64,000 bases of DNA from Macrostomum lignano (GCA_002269645.1 NIVC01001403.1:232181-296180); one strand, 5' to 3'; positions 11,552 through 24,100 are shown, numbered from the stretch's first letter. Notes: generated by a model not told the origin, from the sequence alone. Program-made: numbers and translations.

Positions 11552-11759
11552 TTTTTTCAGCTGCTTTAGAAATGCTCAGCGATCAAGGACTCTATATTTA
11601 TTTTGCAGAGAGATTTGAGCAGCCTAAAGACTCAAACCGAAATCCTCCTAACGTTCCCAAAAAATCCCATTGCTTACCTTTTCATCGCGCACACAATGCA
11701 ATCTAAGGCCATATAGCCTCTCCTCATCCACCCATCCAATGAAATTCTGCGCACACGTC

Positions 11760-11761
<2 letters not shown>

Positions 11762-11800
<39 letters not shown>

Positions 11801-11869
11801 GGAGAGAATGAGCGAAAGAGACTCTCATTTCCTGCTGGTATTGAAGGCACAATCCGCCCTAGGAGTCGC

Positions 11870-11960
<91 letters not shown>
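11762..11960. repeat. Two (GA)n microsatellite tracts upstream of the BK gene
   Basis: (GA)n at about 11762-11797 and 11872-11960. Confidence 0.95.
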
Positions 11961-11963
<3 letters not shown>

Positions 11964-12897
11964 TGGCCATGGGAGATGGGAAGAGAGCATAGGAGTGGTA
12001 AACCATACAGGACCATACAGGGCTTGACTGTAAAAATATTAGAGGCTGACTGCATCGCCCCATCTATTGGCAAAAATACGCAGCAAGTGGGTCTATCGGC
12101 AGGTGCGCAGGACTGCAGTGCTTAATGATATTGCTAAACGAACTGGGCCACACCCATCTCTACCAGACGCCTCTGTCTGTCTCTGTGTGCAGGCAGCGAT
12201 ACTGCATAATGACTATGCACTGTATTTATGGACTAAAACGCTTTTAATTGCTCTCAAGGTTTTGCCATATTAGCATGGTACTGATAAGGCAAGCAACTCT
12301 TTAACTTGAATTCTGAAAGTTTTTCTGATAACAATTTCAAGCAGGAAATATTTGGCTTATTTTTTCTGCTATCATATCCCGAATCTAAAATTGCGCGTTA
12401 AAATTATTTGAAGCATTTGTTATAATGTGCGCTCAGTTTTGAAAATGGATTGCGGATGTAGTAAGTTTTAGTAACAGAAAATAACACAATAATTTTAGAA
12501 AGTGACTGTTCCTGGCAACAGAAAAGGCAGGCATTAAGTGAAACTACCCATATCGTATTCAAATTTAGCTCGTAGTTGAATGTCTTCTATGTTGCACAGA
12601 GTTGGTTGAGCAAATTTCACACGGATGGGGCTACTTATTACTTGAGCGATTATTTATTAGTACATATAAATCACAGTTTATAAGTAATTTATCGACCATT
12701 TTTTCTGCGATTTACTGTCAAATAGTAATAGAAATCATGGCAGTGCTTGCTGGAGTACAGGCTATTGTTGGCTTGTCTTCAACCCGGGATATTGTCAGCT
12801 TGCAGCAGACAGCTCATTGTCAAGCCCTCGGCTGAGCACATATATACCAGCATGATAAAACAATCAAGTAGAAAAACGACTCCATTAAGTTCCGAAA

Positions 12898-15800
12898 TCA
12901 CAGGTCCGTTGAGACATAGACAAAGCGACCCTCGGAACCGATGGTGGAGTCGGTGCTGATTGGTCGAGACGGTCGGGTGTACTGCGACTCCACGTCCCCA
13001 GTGTCGAATGCGTCATTCAGGACGCCGTCTGGGCTGTACACGTTCGAAGCGCGGGTGTACGGCGCTTGGCTGGGCGGTGTTCTGGAATTCGAGTTTGATG
13101 GGGATTGATTACTCTGTGATGTAACCTTAAGAGACGAATTCTTAAGGCTGTTTCGCTTCTTCAGTGAGACTGCAAGACGACAGTCTCCTTGGTTTGATGT
13201 ATCTTGAGACTCCCATTTTTGTAAGATTTTTTAAGAAACAAATTAAACCTTAAACCGGAAGCCGAACATTCTGCTGTTGATTCAAAGACTGCATATCTGA
13301 CGACTACTACATGTACGAGTCACTATTGTTAGTTTCCTACAGATTACAATGTTTAACGTAGAAAAGCATGAGCCCCTGATATTGCATTTTACTACTTGGT
13401 AAATCAACATGCCAACTATAATAGTTCGCATCCCGGCAACCCTTATTTTGATATTTTATTAGAGGCAGGAGGCTGGGTGCACCCTGGCGCACTTTAAGCG
13501 ACATTGTCACACAACCATCGAGAGGCATTGCTGCCCATTCCGCCGACTCCCCTGAGCAGGCACACAAGCGCGCGGATACGTACGCAGTCATACGCACAGG
13601 CACACACTCACACAGGAGTGTACAGCGGCCCTAACTTTATTTATCGTTAGGCATGTACACTTCACTGTGCTTTGGGGGTTTGGCTCTCAAGGCCGTTAAT
13701 TGCACGAGCAGAGCCAAGCCGAGATTCCAATTCAGCCCCAAATTAATGTGACTGCACTTGGAATCGAGCCTGGGCCGCTGGCACATTAGAGCGCCGCGCC
13801 AGACCACTGGGCTACGGCCCCTCCCAGCTACCCTTTAGTCATAGGATTTGCCTGTACTCACTTCTTGCACACGAATTTAAAAATCAGAATGGTCGCGACG
13901 ACCATCAGGCCGCCAAGAGCCAGAGCTGACACCCCGATCACGGCAGGAGCCCCTGTGGGAAAGTCAAATAATTAAAATAATTTTGGAGTTCATTCTTGGA
14001 GATATTTAACCCCAAGACTGCGGATGGCCTGCTCTGCAGGTCATGGTCTCATATCTATGGTCTGCGGCTCAATTTGCTGCTGATATGTGAAAACATTTCT
14101 AATGAGTCTTAGTTTGCGGCTGTGGCCTGCAGAGCAGGCCATGAAAAAGTCGGTTGTTTTAAGTAACTTTTTTGTTCCTTTTAACATCTGATTTTTTCTA
14201 TACTATGGCGCAACAGGGATACTAAACGAGTTATGAAATGTGAATATATTTTCTCAACAGTCATTGGAACAGTGAACAAAAGTTCAAAGGCATGGTGAAA
14301 AATTTACGAAAACAAGTAATACGAACAAGTTTAAAATAATATGCGAGTAATTCAACAACGACCAACAAACATCGATAACACCAAGTACGAGTAGCAGTCA
14401 TAGGCATAACAGCAGGTGAGTCACAATTTAACAAATAGTTATAATTAATTTTGATTGGCATGCCAATCTCCGAAGCAGGGCACAGCGCAAAGACCTGGAT
14501 TTCCCTGGCAGTGATCGCAGCAATAGACAGTTTTCTTGACTCGGCCACTCTTGTAACACTGTCTGCAACGCTTGGCTGGCCGAGCCTGGGCACCTGTTGG
14601 CCGGAGGCGCTTCAGGAGATGCTGCTGCCTATTGGGTCCTGTGCCAGGCTGTGCTTGAATTTGCCGGCTCCGTGCAGGTCCAGTAGTCTGGATGAAGCCC
14701 TTGATGGTTAATTCCAGGAACTTCAGGAAGTCGTACGAGCCGCCACGGGACTGGTACACAACCCAACCGTTTCTGACAAGGACCAAGAAAAAGTGGGCCC
14801 CTAGCTTGGCAAACCACTTTTGTGTCCTTCTGTTTGGGCTATACGGCTGTAGGCCAGAGTCCAGCTTATCAACACCGCCCATAAAGCTATTGTACGATGT
14901 TGCTGTTAGAGGCTTGAGTTCGACAACTTCCTGATTTCCTTGAATGGTGCGGTGAACATGTTGAATGGCGGCGGCATTTTTGGTGTCAATAAAATACACC
15001 GTCTTTGTACCAGATGCCTTTCTGACGACGTACTTCACAGAAAGTACACTGCCGCTTCGCATGAAGGCACAGCCTGGAGCGGGCACGGCCAGATCTCTCA
15101 ATTCAACGGGGACACCGCGGTTTGCACGCACTGTGCAGGTCAGCAGTGTGCCGTGATGCAGCAGGTAGTCTGCTAGGCGATGCGATCCGAACCAGCTGTC
15201 GCAAACGACATGGTAGCCAAGGTCCAGTACATATCGGCATGTCTCAACCAGCACCTTCTCGCTCATCGAAAGTCCTTCACATCCCAGATCTTGACCAAAC
15301 TTATCATTCTCGGCTCTGCTCGAATGCACAAGAAAGTTGCAAACATAACCTGTTTTTGCCTCGCACAAGCAATAAATTTTAATGCCATACCGCGCTTTCT
15401 TTGCTGGAATATATTGGCGGAACAGTACTCTTCCTCTGAACAGCACCAGTTCTTCGTCTACGCTTAGCTCCTTCTCTGGCATGTACACGTTCCGGCAGAT
15501 CCGCGACACACAGTTGATGAAGGGCCTGGCCTTAGCCAGAGGATCAGCGGCGTCAAAGTTGGAGCAGTCATAGAAGCGTAGTAGACTGCTGATCTGCTGA
15601 AACCTGTCTCTTGGCAGACATGCTTGCTGCTGGAAGAATGGCGTAGAATAGAAGTCGCTTTTAGACCAATAGTGGGTCACTTCCGGTTTTTTTACTACTC
15701 CCATATAAAGGGACATTGCGACGAACTTTGACATCTCATTTACAGTGATATCCTTCCAGCTGGAAAATCGCGATGGTAGCTGTTCATCCTGAAGATCTTC

Positions 15801-17824
15801 GAACTCGCGCCACGCTCGAGCATTCGTCCAGTCGCACAGCTTCTGTAGCAATTCGGGTGTCAGAAACATTCGGCTGAAAGCTACTGGATCTTCGTCAGCG
15901 TTCTCGGGTTGCGGCAAATCCGGATTGACACCTGGCATGCCAAGGAACTCCGGGTCCTGGTTCGGCTTCTGATCTTGGCCAGGGTGGCATGCATGCCAAA
16001 CATTGGTTGCACCATGGGCAGCGGCCAAGCCTTCATCTACCTCTTGCATTTCCATGCCTCCTTGTTCGGTTTCGTCCTCATCATCAGTGAAAAAACTGTC
16101 GTCTCCTTCTTCAAACTCGGGATCAGTATCAGTATCAAAATGCTCCGCTTGAGCCATAATGACGATAAATAGTGTTAAAAAATTGAAAAGGACGTTAATA
16201 GAAACTGCTCTAGCTTAAAAAATGAGCCACAAGCTGTACAAATACAATCCAAAAGTTTCAAAGACTAAATACTCAGTAGGAGCTGCTACCGCAAACTAAA
16301 GACATGTCAGCCAAAGATTAAAAAATGTTCATGGCCTGCAGGGCAGGCCAAGCCGCAAACTGTGTCTATGGCATAAACTCATCAACGCAGTCTATGGGTT
16401 TTAAGTGATTTTTTGTCATTAGACTTACAGTATTCTGGAAATGCTTTGAGAGTCTCTAGACTCAAATCAAGGCTAGCAATAACTTACACGGTGGCAGTGC
16501 AGTTGGTTCGGGCGTAGTCTCTGGAGTAACCCCGGACGTCTCCGATTCAGTGTGGGACGTTTGAGTGCCTGTTGTTGATGAAGGTGAATGGTCCAGTGTT
16601 GTTCCTGAAGAGCTCGTGTCAGTACTGGTTTCAGTCGGACCGGTTGCATCAGGTGAGCTGGGTTCTGTCGGACCGGTTGCATCAGGTGAGCTGGGTTCTG
16701 TCGGACCGGTTGCATCAGGTGAGCTGGGTTCTGTCGGACCGGTTGCATCAGGTGAGCTGGGTTCTGTCGGACCGGTTGCATCAGGTGAGCTGGGTTCTGT
16801 CGGACCGGTTGCATCAGGTGAGCTGGGTTCTGTCGAACCGGTTGCATCAGGTGAGCTGGGTTCTGTCGGACCGGTTGCATCAGGTGAGCTGGGTTCTGTC
16901 GGACCGGTTGCATCAGGTGAGCTGGGTTCAGTCGGACCGGTTACATCAGGTGAGCTGGGTTCAGTCGGACCGGTTGCATCAGGTGAGCTGGGTTCTGTCG
17001 GACCGGTTGCATCAGGTGAGCTGGGTTCTGTCGGACCGGTTGCATCAGGTGAGCTGGGTTCTGTCGGACCGGTTGCATCAGGTGAGCTGGGTTCTGTCGA
17101 ACCGGTTGCATCAGGTGAGCTGGGTTCAGTCGGACCGGTTGCATCAGGTGAGCTGGGTTCAGTCGGACCGGTTGCATCAGGTGAGCTGGGTTCTGTCGGA
17201 CCGGTTGCATCAGGTGAGCTGGGTTCTGTCGGACCGGTTGCATCAGGTGAGCTGGGTTCTGTCGAACCGGTTGCATCAGGTGAGCTGGGTTCAGTCGGAC
17301 CGGTTGCATCAGGTGAGCTGGGTTCTGTCGGACCGGTTGCATCAGGTGAGCTGGGTTCAGTCGGACCGGTTGCATCAGGTGAGCTGGGTTCTGTCGGACC
17401 GGTTGCATCAGGTGAGCTGGGTTCTGTCGAACCGGTTGCATCAGGTGAGCTGGGTTCTGTCGGACCGGTTGCATCAGGTGAGCTGGGTTCTGTCGAACCG
17501 GTTGCATCAGGTGAGCTGGGTTCAGTCGGACCGGTTGCATCAGGTGAGCTGGGTTCAGTCGGACCGGTTACATCAGGTGAGCTGGGTTCAGTCGGACCGG
17601 TTGCATCAGGTGAGCTGGGTTCTGTCGGACCGGTAGCATCAGGTGAGCTGGTCGTTGAGCCCAAAGTGTTCATGGGTGCCACAGTTATGAAGATGACAGC
17701 CAAAGCTAATAGCGCCTTTAAATGGAAATCAGGGTGCATTAAAAGGCTCACTTTTTTGGTATATTGTTCAATAATTCAGAAGGTAACAAATACTAAACGT
17801 AATACTTACTATTCTGATGTTCAT
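12898..17824 (-). CDS. Type I single-pass membrane mucin-like protein (505 aa); exons 17824-17810, 17715-16488, 13952-13862, 13081-12898
   Basis: Spliced product: signal peptide MNIRIALLALAVIFITVAPMNTLG, 31 x SSPDATGPTEP, TM WAPAVIGVSALALGGLMVVATILIF, KFVCKK stop-transfer, 60-aa Tyr-containing tail ending STDL. Introns are GT-AG with phases 0, 1, 2. An in-frame ATG at 17739 is an alternative start. Confidence 0.8.
13450..13830 (-). mobile_element. tRNA-derived SINE, family A, most complete copy (in mucin intron 3)
   Basis: Reverse complement GGGGCCGTAGCCCAGTGGTC...GGCTCGATTCCAAG (A/B boxes); body and tail match the copies near 47.5, 50.6 and 53.1 kb. Ends approximate. Confidence 0.75.
14010..16398 (-). 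mobile_element. piggyBac DNA transposon, apparently full length
   Basis: TTAA at 14006-14009 then CCCCAAGACTGCG; other end CGCAGTCTATGGG (to 16398) followed by TTTTAA. Subterminal inverted repeats at 14111-14145 and 16328-16361. Contains an intact transposase ORF. Confidence 0.9.
14445..16157 (-). CDS. piggyBac (PGBD4-like) transposase, 570 aa
   Basis: Acidic N-terminus, catalytic D motifs LSVDEELV / VVCDSWF / MGGVDKLD, YIPAKKARYGIK, and C-terminal Cys-rich domain CRQC...CDHC...LC..PCF..WH. Confidence 0.92.
   Translation of the reverse strand: MAQAEHFDTDTDPEFEEGDDSFFTDDEDETEQGGMEMQEVDEGLAAAHGATNVWHACHPGQDQKPNQDPEFLGMPGVNPDLPQPENADEDPVAFSRMFLTPELLQKLCDWTNARAWREFEDLQDEQLPSRFSSWKDITVNEMSKFVAMSLYMGVVKKPEVTHYWSKSDFYSTPFFQQQACLPRDRFQQISSLLRFYDCSNFDAADPLAKARPFINCVSRICRNVYMPEKELSVDEELVLFRGRVLFRQYIPAKKARYGIKIYCLCEAKTGYVCNFLVHSSRAENDKFGQDLGCEGLSMSEKVLVETCRYVLDLGYHVVCDSWFGSHRLADYLLHHGTLLTCTVRANRGVPVELRDLAVPAPGCAFMRSGSVLSVKYVVRKASGTKTVYFIDTKNAAAIQHVHRTIQGNQEVVELKPLTATSYNSFMGGVDKLDSGLQPYSPNRRTQKWFAKLGAHFFLVLVRNGWVVYQSRGGSYDFLKFLELTIKGFIQTTGPARSRQIQAQPGTGPNRQQHLLKRLRPTGAQARPAKRCRQCYKSGRVKKTVYCCDHCQGNPGLCAVPCFGDWHANQN
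16628..17650 (-). repeat. Coding 33-bp tandem repeat, 31 copies, encoding SSPDATGPTEP
   Basis: 1023 bp = 31 x 33; variant units carry Val or Ser substitutions. Confidence 0.95.
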
Positions 17825-18229
17825 TCCGAAGCTCGTTTGTTAGTTGTGCGACTTTTGATGTTTTTGTTTGCTTTGTAGGTCAGGATAGTCGGGATTGGTA
17901 AAAAGTCAATTAATGCGCTGTTTAAGTTCAATACGTGCAGATCTGAGTAAAACCACAAAACTTTAAATGCAAGCCACGTTTGGCCGTGGCAGCTACGTCT
18001 GATAAGAGCTCGACGAATGGCGTCCGTTAGCAGCGCTCTCCTGGTCTATCGCTTTTCTCTGCAGCTGTACCTGTTAATATAATCTGCTCCATATTTTTCA
18101 TAGCTAGTATGTATTAATTGACGCACTGAAGGTTGCTCACGTGGTATAAATGGAAAACCCTGTGACTCAGGATAAAGGATCGAGGTGTTGCCTATGTTAT
18201 CCTTCACAGGGACAGCCACAGGTAGGAGT

Positions 18230-18402
18230 AAATGAGGACAGTCAAATGAGGACAGTCAAATGAGGACAGTCAAATGAGGACAGTCAAATGAGGACAGTCA
18301 AATGAGGACAGTCAAATGAGGACAGTTAAATGAGGACAGTTAAATGAGGACAGTCAAATGAGGACAGTCAAATGAGGACAGTCAAGTGAGGACAGTCAAA
18401 TG
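18230..18402. repeat. 15-bp minisatellite AAATGAGGACAGTCA-type, about 11 copies
   Basis: Visible directly. Confidence 0.95.
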
Positions 18403-19825
18403 GGTGGGACCAAATGGCTCATTTGAGTGCTGTTTAGCAGTTACACCATATGTACATGTATTGCATAAACTAATCAGGTAACTACATGTAACAATGTTTA
18501 ATCGAACTTTCTATTCACAGCAGGGAATTTTAGCTTGCGAGCATCGCTACTTTGAGCGCATTTGGTTATCTCTGTCAAATCTGCTACGCTTTGCTGTTCG
18601 ATAGACCATGACTATACCTTTTCGTTAAGAAGCATGCAATAACTGAACACTTAGGGCGTTGCCGCGTGCACGCACCAGCTTGAGCGAACTGAGCAAACTG
18701 TTGTTTTTATCTCGACCATGGCAACTAATAAATGACAGAATTGGTCCAATCTTTTAGACTTGAAACCGCGAGTTAGAACTGCAGGTATGCGTGCGGCCTT
18801 CTGCTCTTGATCGAATACTTGTCAACAGCAGACAATTTAATAAACGGTGATTGTAAACTTGTGCATTTTTTCACTGCATTTAGCTCGTTGTAGCTGTTCT
18901 ACTGTGCTTAACCGCGTCCGCCCACTTTGATCCGACAACTTTTTTTTGAGTCCATTTAGCTGACACGAGCTAAAATCGACAATTTCATTGCAACATTCAT
19001 GGGAATAATATGTAACTAACATTCGTTCCCCCCGTTGGAGAGGCAAACAAAAGACTTTTTCACTTAATACACAGAAATAATACATACGTACTGCTAGTGA
19101 CTGCTCTCAGCCAATAGCGACTAACATGTGTGTGTGTTGCCAATAGAAACGGCCGAGTGATTCCCAAGGTTGCGCATGTATGAAAACGGGACCAGCATTT
19201 AGTTCTCACTAATCAACTGGGAGTCGAGGGACCCAGAAGTTATTTGAATCTGATGAGGACGCACTTTTATCCAAATCCCGCGCTAGCACATGGGCTCTAA
19301 ACTTACTAGCCTACTAACAGTGGGCAATGGGCATTTTTATCCTTTTTCTGCGAATTTTCATAGAATCTATACTAGATATAATGTTTGGTCATACTAGTAG
19401 TCATAATAACATAGGCGCAGCTTTTTGGGTCATAAATCATCGCTTTCGAAGCTGGTCTGACAGCCACCTGCGCCTCACTCAGTGTTGAGGCGGGCGCCAG
19501 ATGGTCTGAGAGGATGCGGGCGGTAGCTTTTTTCTCATCATTTTGACAGGCCATCAAGATTTATGAGGTCAGAGCCTATTGTTCGGGTTCACTCAAGCGT
19601 GTGACAGCTTTGACAGCTATATGCGTTTTACCCCTAAAAGTACTTTGGGATTAGCGATTAGCGGTTTCTCTTCATTATCTTCACTTTCTATTTAATAAGA
19701 GCTTTCTAATGTATATTTTTTCATTAATTTTTGTTAATCCTACGCGAAAGGTCATAAATCATTCTGTTGCGATTTTGATTGACTTATGGCCGCACCTGTC
19801 ATCTTTTTACGACCCTGTAGGAACT

Positions 19826-20318
19826 GATAGGATCTCCCAGTCACGTGATTCTGGGTAGCAACAAGCTTAGCCAATCAGAAAATTTGGCGCTCATTTTTAC
19901 AAAACGGCTCAGCCAATCAGAATCGACGTGTTCCATTATAACAAACTGTGGTCCAGTTGGCAGCTATTTAAACCGGTGTTTTTGGCCCGCTCGGACCCTC
20001 ACCCGGCTCTCCGGCGGAGGAACCTTCCCGACATTTCTGGTTCCCGGAGCCCGACCGTCGTTTCTTGATCCCCGGATTGCGACTCCCCCCCATCATCATC
20101 AAGGACGAATCCCCCCGGTCATCAGCAGTGAACATCAAGTGAAGAGCATCACCTGCTAGCTATCTGCGAAGATTGTGACATCAGCATCTTCCCGGGCCTA
20201 CAGCTGCGAAGAACAAAGCCGATTCGGTCACTGTGGATTACCTGGTCTCCGGCTGTTGAGTTTCTGATTGGTTGGGTGAGAGGCTACCTAGACTTGCTTG
20301 ATTGGGTGATCCCTTATC
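19826..20318. mobile_element. Putative non-autonomous element with about 57-bp imperfect terminal inverted repeats
   Basis: GATAGGATCTCCCAGTC...GGGTAGC...CCAATCAGAAA (19826-19881) vs TTTCTGATTGG...GCTACCTAG...GATTGGGTGATCCCTTATC (20261-20318); GC-rich interior; no TSD identified. Confidence 0.45.
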
Positions 20319-21112
20319 TGTCCCCTATTTCAATAGCTGGATTAGGCGCACACTTTTGCTCATTTTGTTCAACAGTGCTGTTATCTAGGCAGAAATCATT
20401 CAATAATACTGTTAGTAGTCTGAGACTCCAATTCAATCTGAAGTGTGAAGTGATCTAAGGAGAAGGTTAAATCTGACAGTTATTTTTATCGGTTTTATTT
20501 CTTTGTTTGGCGATGGCTCAGATGAGTAGCTAAGCTAGTAGGCGCCGGTCACAGTGGACCAATGGCAAGGCAGTTCTCAGTCGATCAATCTATCAAATCA
20601 GTTAGCGAAATTGCCAATAGTGCAGAATCGGCTCCAGAGATGTACTCTGTGCACTCTAGGTTAGCCAAGCGGCTCGGGTAATGAATCATGCGGTCTCTGA
20701 TGTTCGAGTTAGCCTATCATCAGCGCTAGGAGAGGCTGTTTGGCGCGTTGAAGGCCAAAAGTACAATTCTTCGTATTTAGCAAAGTAATAGTACATGTAG
20801 CTACCCCATAGTCTCGCCACTGCAAGAATCCCCTGCACAAGTCCCCTCTGTACCTGCATGGCCAATACGATCTAGTCCCAGCAGTGTCCCTTATCATCGG
20901 CTATGACTTCGAGATTGACAGCAAAAAGACACTAGTTGGCAGGTGAGTGCAAAGCCCCTTCTAGTCGGAAGCCCGATTTCGAGAGTCCCGGTGTGGTGAG
21001 CCAGGGCGCATGGGCTGGTGGCAGCAAGTTAGTTGATCTGCGGATTAGCTATCTACTTTAAAAATTCTCCCTGCTCGTCTCTCGCTGTCCCTCTCTTAGC
21101 TATAGGACCTAG

Positions 21113-24100
21113 TGTTGTGTTGCTACTCAATGTGTGTGTGTAGTTGTGTGTACGTTCGTTGTACATCTGTTAGCTATCGATCGCATTACAATATATGATA
21201 TATAAGTGAGAGCGCGTTGAGTTTGAGAGCTTGAGAGTTTCGCCTACAAACTTGCAGACTGGCTGGCTTATTCATTATACAACATTGGCGTCGCAAGCTA
21301 AAGCCAACACCCACCCCAATTAGCCGGGGTTGGAGTCAGTCTGAGTGAAGTGTCTACAAAACACACGCCAAGCCAACACAAGTTGCTACAACAGCACCAA
21401 ACTGCAAAAGTGCAAACTAAAATGGCAAGCGACAATTCCTCAACAGAAGCGCCGCGGATCAGCGTATCGCCGCCAGATCAATTCCTGCCGCAGCCAGGCC
21501 GACCGACGAGGCCGTGGAAAGAGTGGAAGTCTCTGTTTGACAATTACCTGCTGGCGGCCGGTTATGGCACTCTGCCGGAGGCGAGGAGGCGTGCGCTGCT
21601 GCTGCACTGCCTGGGCGCTGAAGGCCAGCGAGTCTTCACGGCTGTGGCGGCAACGAGGACTCCGGCTCCGACAGGATTCGCTGCGACAATCGCGATTCTG
21701 GACGAGCAGTTCGGGGTCAAAGTCAACGTGGTGGCCGAGCGCCACAAGTTTCGGCAGCGCAGTCAGCGTCCCGGTGAAAAGATTGCGGACTTTGTGGCGG
21801 CCCTGTATGCTCTAGCTGGCTCATGTGAGTTCCGCGACATGATGGAAGAAATGATTCGGGACCAGATCGTGGAGAAGGTCAGCGACAGGCGAATTCGAGA
21901 GCGCCTGCTGATTGAGGACGGTCTGACCCTGCAGAAGGCCGTGACTCTGAGCCAGCAGTGGGAGACCAGCATCGCCGAGGCCGGCGTGATCGAGATGGGA
22001 GGCGCAGCTGCTTCCGGAGCCCAGCTGGGAGAAGAGGTGAAGAGAGTCCGACTGCAAGCCGACAGGAAAGATGGAGGTCAGAGGCGATCAGCGGATCGCG
22101 AGCGCTGCTCGAAGTGCGGAGGCGGACACACCAGCCGAACTCGCTGTCCAGCTGAAGGCAAGATGTGCCATGTCTGCGGTCGGGCGAACCATTTCGGCCG
22201 GGTTTGCCGGTCGCAGGGAGCCAAGGTCGCCGAGGTCGTGGACGATAGCGACCACGCCGTGTACACAGTTCGCGGTGCTGCCAGCGCCGACATCCGCTGC
22301 CGGCTGAAGGTGCAAGGCACCTGGCTGAATCTGCTCGTGGACTCTGGAGCCAAGGTGTCCATCCTGTCGGAAAAGACCTTCAGAAAGCTCGGAAACCGGG
22401 TGCCACTGCAGCCGTCGACCAAGAAGCTAATCGCGTACAACGGCGAGGCGATCAGTGTAGTGGGCGAGGCAGTGCTTTCCGTCAACTACCGAGACCAGCA
22501 GGTGCCGTTTTTCTGCTTCACCGTGGTGCAACAAGGCTCCGATATCATGGGCGCGGACTTGATGCAGCACCTCAACTTCCAGGTGGTGGACAGGGACGGC
22601 GACCTGGTGCGCACAGTCGATAAAACAGCAGAGCTGCCGACCTGGCTTCCCGAGCGCTTCAAGCCTCTGGCGCAGGGACTCGGGCGGATCCGAGGATTCG
22701 AGCACCGGCCCAGGCTGAACCCGGCCGTGCCTCCGGTAGCGCAGCCGCTCCGCCGTATTCCACTCAGCATTAAGGACAAGGTCCAGGCGGAGATCGACCA
22801 GCTGTTGGCAGACGACATCGTCGAGGAGATCCAAGCTTCCGAGTGGATTTCGAACCTGGTGATCGTCCCGAAGCCCGAAGGTAAAATCAGAATCTGCAAC
22901 GACCTCAGGTGTCCAAACAAGGCTATAGTGCCGGATAAGCAGCCGTTGCCAACTTTCGAGGAGCTGAAGACGGAGTTCAAGGGCTCGACCGTGTTCACTA
23001 AGCTCGATTTGAACTCGTCGTACCTGCAGCTGGAACTGGCGGAAGACCGGCGGGACCTAACGGCCTTCATCACGGAGAAAGGCCTTTACCGGTAAAAGCG
23101 CGTCTGCTACGGCCTTAACAGCGCTCCAGTAGCCTTTCAGAAGGTGCTTAGTAAGATTCTCCACGGCTGTTTGGGGACGCTGCACTACATTGATGATATC
23201 GTTGTGCATGCTGCCAACGAGACGGAGCACCGGCGGCGGCTCACGGCAGTGCTGGACCGGCTGCTCGCCCATGGCGTAACGCTTAACACCGCCAAGTGCC
23301 AGTGGGCTGCAGAGTCCGTGCAGTTTCTGGGCTACATCGTCTCGGCGAGAGGCCTTCAGCCGATGCAGTCCAATGTGGAAGCCATCGAAGCGGTGCCGGA
23401 GCCTCAGAACACCGAGGCGGTGGCCTCATTTCTCGGAATGGTAAAGTTTTACTCGAACTTCCTACACAACCTATCCGACATCGCCGAGCCGCTGCTGCAG
23501 CTACTTCGCAAGGACCAGCCTTGGAACTGGACAGCGGACTGCCAGAAGGCCTTTTGGAGGCTTAAGAAAATGGTAGTGTCTCCAACGTGCCTGCGATTCT
23601 TCTGTCCCGACGACAAGATAATCGTGGCCTGCGACAGCTCTGCGCACGCTCTGGGTGCCGTGTTGATGCAAGAAGACAGCGCTGGCGTTCGCAAGCCAGT
23701 TGCTTTCGCGTCGAGGACTCTGTCGGCGACCGAGCGCAAGTACTCCGCGTCAGAAAGAGAGGCGCTGGCATGTATCTTCGCCTGCGAGCGTTGGCACTAC
23801 TTCCTGTTCGGCCGGAGATTCGAACTGCACACCGATCACCAGGCTCTGACGACGACGCTGACGGCTCAAGGCAGCGGCCACCGACCTTTGCGGCTGCACC
23901 GATGGGCCGACCGCCTGCTCGCGTACGACTTCCAAGTGTGCCACGTTCCAGGCAAGAAGAACATCGTGCCCGACTTTTTGTCACGCCATGGCGCTTTCGG
24001 AGAAGATTGCGCTGAAGATCCGACCGAGCACCAGGTGAACGCCGTATTGTTATCGGGCGCGCTGGAGGTTGTCAGCGCAAGCGAGTTGGCCGAGGCATCC

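Noticed and set aside
11670-12125. RE/SL-repeat ORFs
   Set aside because: (GA)n microsatellite translations.
16473-17878. Antisense and alternative-frame ORFs over the 33-bp repeat
   Set aside because: By-products of the repeat; only the SSPDATGPTEP frame has a signal peptide and phase-consistent splice partners.
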